Origin: a phage
Sequence record: PZ465523.1
DNA length: 49,119 nucleotides
Reading direction: 5' to 3' (one strand)
Part shown: piece after piece, positions 1-9,124 of the stretch
Layout of the letters: every line of letters starts with the position of its first letter
Numbering within the stretch: position 1 is the stretch's first letter
Program-made: the position numbers and the translations under genes
Notes under the pieces: model-generated
What the model was told of the DNA's origin: nothing
Database searches by the model: none
The model's input: only the letters and a program-made list of their open reading frames with translations

Positions 1-121
1 CCGTTCCGCGTTGATGCTCGCGCAGGTGACTTTATTATCGTAAATAAGCCCGATGGCAAGCCCGCGAAGCGCACAATCTCAAGTGTTAGTGCGGATGGTA
101 AGACTATAGAGGTTAACATCG
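1..121. repeat. Terminal direct repeat, copy 1; identical to 48999..49119
   Basis: Exact 121-bp identity between window start and end, read directly. Confidence 0.9.
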
Positions 122-1884
122 GCTTTGGCTTTCCTGTGAAGCCTAACACGGTATTCGCAATCGATCGTACCGACATTGCGTTGCAGCAGTACGTCGTGAC
201 CAAAATCGACAAGGGTGATGATGATGAGGAATTTACCTACAAAATCACTGCAGTGGAGTACGATCCTAACAAGTACGATGAGATTGATTACGGAGTTAAC
301 ATCGACGACCGACCGACGAGCATCGTTGAGCCAGATCAGATCCCTAAACCGGAAAACGTGAAAGTGTCCTCAGAGTCGAGAATCGTTCAGGGGATGAGCG
401 TAGAAACGATGATTGTTAGCTGGGATAAAGTTCCGTACGCAGTTTTCTATGACGTCCAGTGGCGAAAGGATAATGGCAACTGGCAGAACGTCCCGCAGAC
501 GGCAAACAAGGAGGTTTATGTTGAAGGGATTTACGCTGGCAACTATCAGGTTCGCGTTCGATCTGTCGCTGGTTCCGGTACGACTTCAGGATGGTCAAAT
601 ATCGTAGCTGCGACGCTGACTGGTAAACAAGGTGAGCCGGGGCGACCGATTAACCTTACAGCTACGGATGATGTTGTTTTTGGTATCCGTACAAAATGGG
701 GGTTCTCTGATGGTTCTGGAGATACGGCCTATACAGAGTTGCAACAGTCACCGGATGGAACAGTGGATAACGCAAGTTTGCTTTCTTTGATTCCGTACCC
801 GCAGCATGAGTATTATCACTCACCGATGCCTGGAGGAAATATTGTGTGGTATCGGGTAAGGACCGTTGATAGGATCGGTAACGTGTCTCAGTGGACTGAT
901 TTTGTCAGAGGTATGGCATCAACAAACGTTGACGATATCATTGGAGAGATTTCTGTCGATATCGAAAACTCGCCGGGTTACGAGTGGCTTGTTGATAACG
1001 CAACCGACAACGCGGCGCAGAACGCAGCGAACGCAGAGGCAGCAATTGAGAACGCGCTAGCCAATGACAAAGACGCGATCTACATGAAGAAGGAGAACGG
1101 AAAGCGAAAAGCTGAGTACACGAAATCACTGAAACTTATTGCTGATGAGACGCAGGCGCGAGTGACGTCGATCGAGCAGTTGAAGGCAAGTTTTGACGAT
1201 CAGATTAGCGCAAGCAATAGCGAATTGCGTGAAGTTATAGCGACTGAGACTGGAGCGATATCGCGTGAAATTGACCAGCTAAAGGCTCAGATTGGTGACG
1301 ATATTCAGGCGAACTTGACAGATATCCGAGAGGCTATCGCAAACGAGACTGAGGCTAGAACTCAGGCCGACTTAACGTTAAGCGCGAGACTTGGAAATAA
1401 CGAGGCGGCACTTTCTCAAAAACTTGACTCTTGGAGTAATGCGAGTTCCACCGGGGTAATGCACGGAGTCAAGTTGGGTCTGAAATATAACGGTCAGGAA
1501 TACAGTGCAGGCATGGCTATGTCTCTTATTGGTTCAGGTGCTGCGGTTAAGGCGCAAATTCTATTCGAGGCGTCACGATTTGCAATCATGACAGGGATGA
1601 ACGGTCAGACTCAGTATCCTTTCGTTGTTGAAGGTAATCAGGTGATTCTTAATAGCGCCATCATTAAGAACGGATTCATCACGAATGCGATGATTGGAAA
1701 CTTCATTCAGTCGAATAACTATGTCTTTAACCAGTCCGGCTGGAGGCTTGACAAGGGTGGAACATTCGAAAACTACGGAAGTGACGGTGAGGGTGCAATG
1801 AAGCAAACTAATACCACAATATCTGTTAGGGATGCGAATGGTCGCCTGAGGGTTCAGATTGGCAGGTTGACTGGTTCATGGTAA
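1..1884 (+). CDS. Tail tip / host specificity protein (lambda J-like), C-terminal part; 5' partial here, continues from 47463..49119
   Basis: Frame at 121 matches frame of the open ORF running off the window end; ORF track 136..1884 is the same frame; long coiled and beta-rich C-terminus; stop at 1884. Confidence 0.8.
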   Translation, partial: PFRVDARAGDFIIVNKPDGKPAKRTISSVSADGKTIEVNIGFGFPVKPNTVFAIDRTDIALQQYVVTKIDKGDDDEEFTYKITAVEYDPNKYDEIDYGVNIDDRPTSIVEPDQIPKPENVKVSSESRIVQGMSVETMIVSWDKVPYAVFYDVQWRKDNGNWQNVPQTANKEVYVEGIYAGNYQVRVRSVAGSGTTSGWSNIVAATLTGKQGEPGRPINLTATDDVVFGIRTKWGFSDGSGDTAYTELQQSPDGTVDNASLLSLIPYPQHEYYHSPMPGGNIVWYRVRTVDRIGNVSQWTDFVRGMASTNVDDIIGEISVDIENSPGYEWLVDNATDNAAQNAANAEAAIENALANDKDAIYMKKENGKRKAEYTKSLKLIADETQARVTSIEQLKASFDDQISASNSELREVIATETGAISREIDQLKAQIGDDIQANLTDIREAIANETEARTQADLTLSARLGNNEAALSQKLDSWSNASSTGVMHGVKLGLKYNGQEYSAGMAMSLIGSGAAVKAQILFEASRFAIMTGMNGQTQYPFVVEGNQVILNSAIIKNGFITNAMIGNFIQSNNYVFNQSGWRLDKGGTFENYGSDGEGAMKQTNTTISVRDANGRLRVQIGRLTGSW

Positions 1885-1890
1885 TATCAA

Positions 1891-1919
1891 GGGCATCGAG
1901 AGATGCCCTTTTCTTTTTG
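1891..1919 (+). terminator. Rho-independent terminator after J-like gene
   Basis: GC stem GGGCATC-gaga-GATGCCC followed by T-run. Confidence 0.7.
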
Positions 1920-1929
1920 AGGATTTATT

Positions 1930-2235
1930 ATGGCGTATGGTATATCAACTTGGGACGCAAATGGCGTTTATAATAACTATGGAATTAAGCCTGTTACGGT
2001 TGTTGGTTGGAACTTTTTGTCAGCAGGACAGAATTCAGCATCGTTCAGCTATCAAGTTCCTCCTGGTATGCATGTGAACTACGTTATAAGCCTTGACGAT
2101 GGCGCCATTAGTGGGCCTGGCAGGAAAATTATTGCTAGCGGTAATACGATAACAGTAACGCCAACAAACTCACCTGGGCCAAACGTGTACCCATCATCAA
2201 ACTGCTACTTAATAGCATATCTGGAGAATGATTAA
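1930..2235 (+). CDS. Hypothetical tail-region protein, paralog of the next ORF
   Basis: ATG with RBS GAGGA; shares Y-G-x-x-x-W-D-A-x-G motif with 2235..2924. Confidence 0.55.
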   Translation: MAYGISTWDANGVYNNYGIKPVTVVGWNFLSAGQNSASFSYQVPPGMHVNYVISLDDGAISGPGRKIIASGNTITVTPTNSPGPNVYPSSNCYLIAYLEND

Positions 2236-2924
2236 TGTCATACGGTGCTTTTATAGATGTAAACGGAAACCCATTCATAACCCCGTTATCCACGCCATTC
2301 GCCTTATATGCGAGAGGGGAAATTCAATCAGTAAATGTTAGTGGTTCACAGGTTGCGGAGAGATATGTTCGGATACCTACAGGTGTTCCGGTTATAGCTT
2401 TTTGCAAAACAACAAACACGCAGCAGGGGACCGCGCTTTCAGCCTTTACTTTCAGAGATGGACCAAATGTTGGAACTGTTTACATAAGGGGGACAAATCC
2501 AGCAAACCAATCATACACGCTAACATATTACATATTTGCCATATTTGAGCAGTCACTACCGAGCTGGGGTATGGCAATATGGGATGCGTCAGGAAAGCTA
2601 GTGCTGACAAATGAGACAAAAGTCCTTAGTGATTTGGTTACAATCGGAACTCCTGGGTACGCTGGCGGTGGGCTAAACATAGACACAACACTCAGCGGAA
2701 GCTACGCAGTTGTCCCAACTATACTTGGCAACTATCAAATTGTTATCGGCAGATTGCCAACTGGGCAACCCATAATAGGAAACTCAACAGCAGGCAGTTC
2801 ATGCAGATACAACGGGAGCACAACGAGAATAAATGCAGCAGCAACCACTGCGGCAGGTCAGGTAATGAACACCACGAATAATGGAAATATTATAACAGCA
2901 ATAAAAACGGCAGCATACGACTAA
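2235..2924 (+). CDS. Hypothetical tail-region protein, possible receptor-binding accessory
   Basis: ATG overlaps upstream stop (TAATG); Gly/Thr/Asn-rich C-terminus. Confidence 0.55.
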   Translation: MSYGAFIDVNGNPFITPLSTPFALYARGEIQSVNVSGSQVAERYVRIPTGVPVIAFCKTTNTQQGTALSAFTFRDGPNVGTVYIRGTNPANQSYTLTYYIFAIFEQSLPSWGMAIWDASGKLVLTNETKVLSDLVTIGTPGYAGGGLNIDTTLSGSYAVVPTILGNYQIVIGRLPTGQPIIGNSTAGSSCRYNGSTTRINAAATTAAGQVMNTTNNGNIITAIKTAAYD

Positions 2925-2947
2925 GCCCCTTCCGGGGCTTTTCTTTT
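2924..2947. terminator. Hairpin terminator between convergent genes
   Basis: AGCCCCTTCCGGGGCT stem followed by T-run. Confidence 0.6.
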
Positions 2948-3173
2948 ACATCGAGCAATCGTGAGACTTGAAGTTATTCTCTGATACGTAGTTGAAGGAG
3001 AATGGGTATCCAGCACGTAACAGCATCTCATCACCGCGCATCTTAGATCCAAAAACGTAAACCGAGTAATCTTCACCGCCTGATTCATAAATTGCCGTAC
3101 AAGTGCGCTCAGGCATCGATGAACAACCAGTCAGGATGAATGCCGCAGTAATAATGGTGATTAACTTTTTCAT
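2946..3173 (-). CDS. cor: Cor-like superinfection-exclusion lipoprotein (75 aa)
   Basis: N-terminal signal peptide with lipobox (ILTGC); position after tail genes as in T1-like phages; RBS GAGGA before ATG at 3173. Confidence 0.6.
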   Translation of the reverse strand: MKKLITIITAAFILTGCSSMPERTCTAIYESGGEDYSVYVFGSKMRGDEMLLRAGYPFSFNYVSENNFKSHDCSM

Positions 3174-3698
3174 TTGTATGTCCTCGTCGTTAGTGTGATT
3201 GCATTGTATGTCGCATTTACTTTTATTGCAATAGCGCAATTACAATTTTTTTCGTGTAACGGGTGTCTATTTTTGTAACTGGAGATGGTGTTACAAAATC
3301 TACCACATCCGAACGCAGGTAGATATGATAAAAACTCTATATAATATATATAGATAGATAATATTTAATTTTAGCTTTATATATAATTATTGTTGTGTAA
3401 CAGTTGTCTATCGTGTAACAGGTGATTTTATTGATTCGTCAAATTTCTATCATATATGTTCAAAATTTAATCAATATTGATTCTATTCATGGATATCTGT
3501 GTATTTCTAAGAAAATGCTGTTACAAGTATTACACAATAGACACCACATAAAAACATTACTAAGATATTGATTGCGTTGACACTGGTTGTAACTTGAGCG
3601 ATATAGACACGCGGTTACACTCCAATTATATGTATTCTATTGACTAAACGCTGTTAATGGCTATAATTGACTCATCGTAAACGAAGGAGATAAACGCA
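3174..3698. promoter_or_regulatory. AT-rich divergent control region with GTTACA / TAGACA repeats and TA-repeat tract
   Basis: No plausible ORF; shares 13-mers GGTGTTACAAAAT (3287..3299) and AGATAGATAATAT (3352..3364) with region 22165..22856. Confidence 0.5.
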
Positions 3699-4763
3699 AT
3701 GTTCAAGGTATTCACATCAAGCCAGCTTTCCAACGAAGAGTACCATAGCAATGAAGGTTGGGCGGCAGAGTATGTAAGCGGATCGAGTCTTGCAGAAATT
3801 TATCAGACCTGCCCGGCTAACTGGAGATTCAAGAAGAACGAGACAACGAAAGCTCTTGAGTTTGGCACTCAGTCGCATACTAACTTTGAGAGTCGTGATC
3901 TGTTTACTGCAACGTATGCACGTTGTCCGGCTCCGTCAGAGTTCAAGGATCTGATTACGTCACAAGCCGCACTGGCTGCAAAATTAAAACCTTTCGGCCT
4001 GAAAGGTACATCCGGCAAGCAATACCCGGACCTCATCAAAATGATGATTGATTGCGGTGAAGAACTCAACGTTCAGTATCTGATCGAACTGATCGCAGAA
4101 GCTGAGGCGCGCGCTGAAGGAAAGCAACTGGTTGACGCTGACAAATACGACGCCTGCATGAAGATGAGGGCAATCCTTGAGCAGAATCCGGATCACGAAG
4201 CGTGCATCAATAGCGAGACGGCGCAGCGTGAGATCTCAATCTTCGGTGAGATATCCGGCGTCAAAGTTAAGGTTCGTCTTGACCATCTGGACTACAAAGA
4301 GAATGTTCCAGGTCGCGTGCTGACTGGTTATGATGAGAACGGCGATCCGGTATTTGAAGACGTTATTTTTCCTGAAGCTCTAATTATCACTGACTTCAAA
4401 ACCACGATGAGCGCCAACCCTTTAGAGTTCCCGAGACTGGCATACAATCACGGCTATTACCTGAAAATGGCATTGCAGCATGACCTGCTACGACGCGCAA
4501 TCCAGGCTGGCGCTTTTGAAGGAAACTTCCCAGAAGATATCCCGATCGTAGTTCGATTGCTTGCGCAGGAGAAAAAAGAGCCTTACATTGCACTTGCTTA
4601 CCGTATGACTATGGAGCAAATCAGGATCGGTCGTAGTCAGTATGTTAGCGTTGTCCACACTTACAAGGCTTGTTCTGAAATGGATGTTTGGCCTGGATAC
4701 GCTGGCGACGCAAGCGAGATTGAACTTGAAACGCCGTCATGGGTACGCTACCAAAATAAGTAA
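3699..4763 (+). CDS. RecE / lambda-exo-like PD-(D/E)XK exonuclease
   Basis: Motifs RLDHLD and LIITDFKTT resemble nuclease motifs II and III; RBS AAGGAGA; followed by ERF and SSB. Confidence 0.65.
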   Translation: MFKVFTSSQLSNEEYHSNEGWAAEYVSGSSLAEIYQTCPANWRFKKNETTKALEFGTQSHTNFESRDLFTATYARCPAPSEFKDLITSQAALAAKLKPFGLKGTSGKQYPDLIKMMIDCGEELNVQYLIELIAEAEARAEGKQLVDADKYDACMKMRAILEQNPDHEACINSETAQREISIFGEISGVKVKVRLDHLDYKENVPGRVLTGYDENGDPVFEDVIFPEALIITDFKTTMSANPLEFPRLAYNHGYYLKMALQHDLLRRAIQAGAFEGNFPEDIPIVVRLLAQEKKEPYIALAYRMTMEQIRIGRSQYVSVVHTYKACSEMDVWPGYAGDASEIELETPSWVRYQNK

Positions 4764-4837
4764 ACGGCACAAATAGCTAAACAAATAATTAATGAGGTGT
4801 TATAATGCACCTCACACACCAATCAGGAGAAGTTAAG

Positions 4838-5434
4838 ATGCAACTATCACCAGAAACCAACGAAATCCTTCCGGCTCTGTTCAATGCTCGCAACAAATTC
4901 GCGAAAGCAAAGAAGGATGCAAAAAACAATCACCTGAAAAACTCTTACGCAACGCTTGACGCAATGATGGCGGCAGTTAGCCCGGCGCTCACTGATAACG
5001 ATATTATGATCCTGCAATCAATGCTGGACACCAGCACGGAAACGACTTTCCATCTTGAGACGATGCTGATTCACAAATCCGGGCAGTGGGCTAAATTCTT
5101 CATGATGATGCCGATTGCAAAACGAGATCCGCAAGGAGTAGGTTCCGCAATGACGTATGCGCGACGTTACTCATTAGCCGCAGCGCTTGGAATTAGCCAA
5201 AGTGACGACGACGCGCAGCTTGCGGTGAAATCCGTCAAGGACTGGAAAAAAGAACTTGATGCGTGTGAAGATATCGAATCACTGAAAGAGGTATGGGCTA
5301 ACGCTTACCGCCAGACGGACACGGCGAGCAAGTCAATCATCCAGGATCACTACAACGCATTGAAGGCTAAGTTTGAGATCGGTAAAGCTCGCGGCATTCG
5401 CCCGGCGCAACCGGAACAGAAAAAAACAGGTTGA
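4838..5434 (+). CDS. erf: ERF-family single-strand annealing protein
   Basis: GSAMTYARRYSLAAALGI matches the ERF signature; start chosen at ATG after RBS CAGGAGA. Confidence 0.7.
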   Translation: MQLSPETNEILPALFNARNKFAKAKKDAKNNHLKNSYATLDAMMAAVSPALTDNDIMILQSMLDTSTETTFHLETMLIHKSGQWAKFFMMMPIAKRDPQGVGSAMTYARRYSLAAALGISQSDDDAQLAVKSVKDWKKELDACEDIESLKEVWANAYRQTDTASKSIIQDHYNALKAKFEIGKARGIRPAQPEQKKTG

Positions 5435-5533
5435 AGCAACGAGCGCGAAACCTGTACAATCTCAATCAATCACCAACTTTGAATAATCATTTCGGGCGGC
5501 TTCGGTCGCCCATAAATTTTAGGATAGAAAATC

Positions 5534-5947
5534 ATGCATATTATCACTGGCGAGATCCGCAAAGAACCGAAGATTCTTGAACGTAATGGCGGGAATACTT
5601 ATATAATCGAACTGGCAGAAAGCTACAAGCCTCGTGATGGCGATCGCGAATACACAAACTACACATTCTTTTTTAGCGATGGTGGAAAGCCTGGTCTTGC
5701 TGACTGGTATCGCGAAGCGTTTCAGGTTGGTCGGGTAATTTCAGTATCTTGCGAAACGTTGAAGATCTCATCCCGTGAGCATAACGGAACGACTTACAAT
5801 TCATTGCAGGCTGCTGATTTCCCTAAGTTGGTATTTAGTCAGCGAGGACAAAGCAATCAACAACGAGCACAGCAGCAACAACATCGAACGCAATCACAGC
5901 CACAGCCAAATCCTCAATCAACTTTCGATGATGATATCCCGTTCTAA
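5534..5947 (+). CDS. ssb: Single-stranded DNA-binding protein
   Basis: OB-fold-like N-terminus, Gln/Pro-rich linker and acidic C-terminal tail DDDIPF. Confidence 0.8.
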   Translation: MHIITGEIRKEPKILERNGGNTYIIELAESYKPRDGDREYTNYTFFFSDGGKPGLADWYREAFQVGRVISVSCETLKISSREHNGTTYNSLQAADFPKLVFSQRGQSNQQRAQQQQHRTQSQPQPNPQSTFDDDIPF

Positions 5948-5950
5948 CAA

Positions 5951-5977
5951 AAATCCCCGCAATGCGGGGATTTTATC
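5951..5977. terminator. Bidirectional rho-independent terminator
   Basis: ATCCCCGCAATGCGGGGAT stem flanked by A-run and T-run. Confidence 0.7.
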
Positions 5978-7481
5978 ATTTGGACTTCAATATTTTTATC
6001 TCTTCTTGTAACTCTTCAACTTTCTTTATTGTATCCTGTAAAGCTCTCATAGTGTCAAGCAATAAAGGAGTTGTATCAAGCTCAAGCCTTTCAACTTTTG
6101 GCCCGTTTAGCTCGTGGCTCTCATACACCCTTCTCTTAACATATAGATTGTCGATCTCTTCTATCTCCTGAGCTATAACACCTCGCCTTACCCTTTCTTG
6201 CTCATCATCGTTAAATATAAAGCTCCTAAATCTCATTGATTTTATATTGTTGTATGCAATGCTTGATTCATCATCCTTTATGCTGTGCTTTATATTTCTG
6301 TCAGATGCCGGAACTTGTTGGAAACTTCCAGCCCCTTGCGGTCCAGAGTAAGATATTTGCCCTGAAGCTATAAACCTGAAATGCATTTGCAGACCAATAT
6401 TGCCTGCTCCATCCCTATCTTGAACACCTACTGATATTTGTGCCCTGGGCCATTCAGCATTGCCAGTAGTCATCATGCCAAAAGCTACGCCGCCAACGTA
6501 TCCCTGACCTCTAGTGTCGCACGATCCAGCAATAAGTGATTGATAGTTTTCAACACCACTATTAGCGGTGTAAGCATTTCCTTGAAAGCATGAAGCGGAC
6601 CACATCTGGTTATAACCCATAGTTGTTTTCTGGCATAAAAACTGATTGGCCCTGAATCTATTGTTAGTCTCGAAGTAGTTTGCCCACTCATAAAATAATA
6701 AAGTCCCAGCATATCCATCACTGCTATTTTTTTTTCTGACGTAAATCCCTGGCTCAGACACTCCATCAGGTGACATAATCATCAATGATGACAATATGGA
6801 CTGACTACCCCAGTTAGAACCGTTCCATGAGTTCCTTCCTGCACCTATAGCACCAGTGGTGTTAATAGTAAGAAAGTTAACAGCATCATTTTCACCTAAC
6901 CCAATATTTTTTCTAGACTCTTTTTTGTTCATAAGACCAGAGAGATTACCATCCTTAGTTAAAAGATTATCGGCATTAATGCTATTAGCTGCGTCTTTAG
7001 CTTCTTGAGCGCTTACCGAAGCCGCATCTTTTGATCTTACGGCATCGTCACGCGCTAATTCAGCCTGATTTTGCGCAGCTTGAGAATCAGATTTCGCCTT
7101 ATTCACATCAGCAACTATTTGCTCAAGTTTATTCATATCAAGCTGATTTATCAGATCTATAGCTGCCGCGATCTCAGTCTCTTTGCTTTGATAGTATCGA
7201 AGCGTCTCGGCAACGTTTTGAGCTAAGCCGTTAACAGTTAACGAATCGTTAAGCAAGATCACATACTTTCCGTCAGATGCGGTCTGACCACCCGTAGAGA
7301 TAGCCTTTAGCTCTGTGTCGCTCACAATATCGCTAATCACCGCCAGCTTAATTGGTTGCTCCAGGAATACGATAGTTGCACCTACGCGAATCAAGGCAAG
7401 TTGATCTTTCCATTTTGTATCTGTTCCGTGAACCGTTCCGTCTGCATCCATTGATGCTGTACCGCGTCTATATAAAGCCAT
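5976..7481 (-). CDS. Tail fiber protein with C-terminal intramolecular-chaperone-like domain
   Basis: 501 aa; Ala/Gln-rich coiled region, Gly/Ser-rich distal part, C-terminal segment resembling self-cleaving chaperone domains; RBS AAGGAG. Confidence 0.7.
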   Translation of the reverse strand: MALYRRGTASMDADGTVHGTDTKWKDQLALIRVGATIVFLEQPIKLAVISDIVSDTELKAISTGGQTASDGKYVILLNDSLTVNGLAQNVAETLRYYQSKETEIAAAIDLINQLDMNKLEQIVADVNKAKSDSQAAQNQAELARDDAVRSKDAASVSAQEAKDAANSINADNLLTKDGNLSGLMNKKESRKNIGLGENDAVNFLTINTTGAIGAGRNSWNGSNWGSQSILSSLMIMSPDGVSEPGIYVRKKNSSDGYAGTLLFYEWANYFETNNRFRANQFLCQKTTMGYNQMWSASCFQGNAYTANSGVENYQSLIAGSCDTRGQGYVGGVAFGMMTTGNAEWPRAQISVGVQDRDGAGNIGLQMHFRFIASGQISYSGPQGAGSFQQVPASDRNIKHSIKDDESSIAYNNIKSMRFRSFIFNDDEQERVRRGVIAQEIEEIDNLYVKRRVYESHELNGPKVERLELDTTPLLLDTMRALQDTIKKVEELQEEIKILKSK

Positions 7482-7502
7482 AGTGTAAACTCCTTAAGTA
7501 AA

Positions 7503-7517
7503 TAGCACGAATTGCTA
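7503..7517. promoter_or_regulatory. Dyad box TAGCAcgaatTGCTA directly upstream of tail fiber RBS
   Basis: Palindromic core of the repeated box family; reversed relative to the tail fiber gene. Confidence 0.5.
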
Positions 7518-7561
7518 ATCACTGATTTTATCATTGTGTTACGAGTCTTGCAATGAGCAAC

Positions 7562-7582
7562 AAAAAACCGCCCGAGGGCGGT
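7562..7582 (-). terminator. Rho-independent terminator after primase gene
   Basis: CCGCCCGAGGGCGG stem with U-run on minus strand. Confidence 0.65.
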
Positions 7583-8517
7583 TAGAGTAGATCGCTTGCT
7601 GAGAATAATTTGGCTTGCATTCCTGAACGGTATCCTCCAGGGTTCGGGATTATTATTTTTAATTGTCTGTCGTCAGCCATGTATAAAGTCTCCTTATCTG
7701 AAGGCTCGCAAGCAACCCTTACCTCGCGATCACCCTTGTATCTGTACGCAACCATTTCGAGATTTTCAGGAGTGAAGCAGGACCATACCTCTTGCTTTGT
7801 GTGAAATGCAATATGCTGAGCATCAATCCAATTAAGGCATAAGTAGATCGCTTTTTCAGTTTTACCAGTCACGGCAACCGAGCAACTTGTGTATTTCTTC
7901 GCGTAGAATGACTCCCTTCCTTCCTCATCAATAATCAAAATATTGCAGAACTCATCATCAAGCCCGTCCTCGTGTACAAGTTGACAAGGTATAGTGTGAA
8001 ATACGCTCTCCCCTCCATCCTCGCGACGTTTTACGCCAACGTCGAATGATTCAGTAGGCAGTGACTCAAACATGCTTAATGGAGTGTTTACGCGCCTCTC
8101 TGTGCGACCCATGACTTTCATCACTGCTTCATGATCTGCCATCATGACATTGACACCAGACACCGGAGTCCGGCGCGCTTTCTTGTTTGCCTTGACGATG
8201 TATTCCTGCGGAACCTTTCCGAGAAATCTCCCCAGGATGTTTATACATTCACTGTACGGCATACCAGTTAATTTCATCAACCAACCTATCCCGGAGTCGT
8301 TACCGCATGAGTTGCAGATCGCACCGCCGTCGCCAGGAGTATTCAGGTTATCAGTCCAGCGAAAGCGGTCTTTACCCCCGCAGTTAGGGCAAGGTTGGTG
8401 CTTCTTATTAAAAATATCATTCGGCAATCCGCATATTGACTGGAAAGCCTCGCGCCATAACCCCTTCATGTACGGCAATACGTCCTCTTTCTGAAACATC
8501 ATAAATTCTTCGTTCAC
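7582..8517 (-). CDS. DNA primase-like protein with N-terminal Cys4 zinc ribbon
   Basis: CPNCGG...CNSCG zinc-binding motif and acidic IIDEEG stretch; GTG start with GGAG 8 nt upstream. Confidence 0.55.
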   Translation of the reverse strand: MNEEFMMFQKEDVLPYMKGLWREAFQSICGLPNDIFNKKHQPCPNCGGKDRFRWTDNLNTPGDGGAICNSCGNDSGIGWLMKLTGMPYSECINILGRFLGKVPQEYIVKANKKARRTPVSGVNVMMADHEAVMKVMGRTERRVNTPLSMFESLPTESFDVGVKRREDGGESVFHTIPCQLVHEDGLDDEFCNILIIDEEGRESFYAKKYTSCSVAVTGKTEKAIYLCLNWIDAQHIAFHTKQEVWSCFTPENLEMVAYRYKGDREVRVACEPSDKETLYMADDRQLKIIIPNPGGYRSGMQAKLFSASDLL

Positions 8518-8577
8518 TTCCAGATCTCCAAATAAAAAACGCGTAGAAGGATGTTAACCCGCTACGCGTCGTTTGTT

Positions 8578-9030
8578 TTAACTAAAAATGCTATTTGTCG
8601 TTCCGATATCTTCCTTCTTCACGACGCGCATAAATTTCTTGTTCTTGCATCGCTTCTCAAGGCACTTGCCGTTACCGTCAAACTTCAGATCGAATCGAAG
8701 CCATGCGGCCCGAAACCCTTTGCAACCCTGACGGCGGTAAGCGCGATGTGCAGATTCAGCACCTTGCCACGAAATCATATTGCGATCCTTCCAGCCTTGC
8801 ACGGTCTGATTGCTAACCTTCAGAGCTTTTGCGCAGGCCGCTGGTCCGCCGTAATATTCAATAAGAGCGTCAAGTCGCGCTCGCAGTCCCGCTCGTGTTT
8901 CTTCTTTATGAATATAGAAGCCGCAGCGCTGTCGAGGCTTTTTGTCTTTACCGCGTCGCGTTCCGTTGTTACCATTAATGTGACGTTTATCGATTTCACC
9001 AGTTGACTCTGCGATACGTTGTATATTCAT
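8578..9030 (-). CDS. Helix-turn-helix DNA-binding protein, candidate regulator
   Basis: Cro/YdaS-like HTH segment GGPAACAKALKVSNQTVQGWK; basic N-terminus; start set at ATG 9030 after RBS AGGAGAA. Confidence 0.6.
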   Translation of the reverse strand: MNIQRIAESTGEIDKRHINGNNGTRRGKDKKPRQRCGFYIHKEETRAGLRARLDALIEYYGGPAACAKALKVSNQTVQGWKDRNMISWQGAESAHRAYRRQGCKGFRAAWLRFDLKFDGNGKCLEKRCKNKKFMRVVKKEDIGTTNSIFS

Positions 9031-9043
9031 ATTAATTCTCCTG

Positions 9044-9086
9044 TAGCACTTTTTGCTAAAAACGTTTACTGTATGTCGTGTATTAT
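9044..9086 (+). promoter_or_regulatory. Box-type promoter: TAGCACTTTTTGCTAAAAA, 22 nt, TATTAT
   Basis: Box plus -10-like hexamer at fixed spacing, upstream of helicase gene. Confidence 0.55.
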
Positions 9087-9124
9087 AGCGTAAACGATAC
9101 AACGATTCAAAGGATTAAATAGCC

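Noticed and set aside
413-1806. Short ORFs nested in or antisense to the J-like gene (413..607, 416..598, 866..1060, 938..1129, 1573..1806)
   Set aside because: Embedded in a long well-supported ORF, Arg/Ser/Cys-rich out-of-frame translations, no RBS.
8144-9006. Plus-strand ORFs 8144..8494 and 8551..9006 opposite the primase and HTH genes
   Set aside because: Antisense to better-supported genes with RBS and motifs; composition typical of spurious frames.
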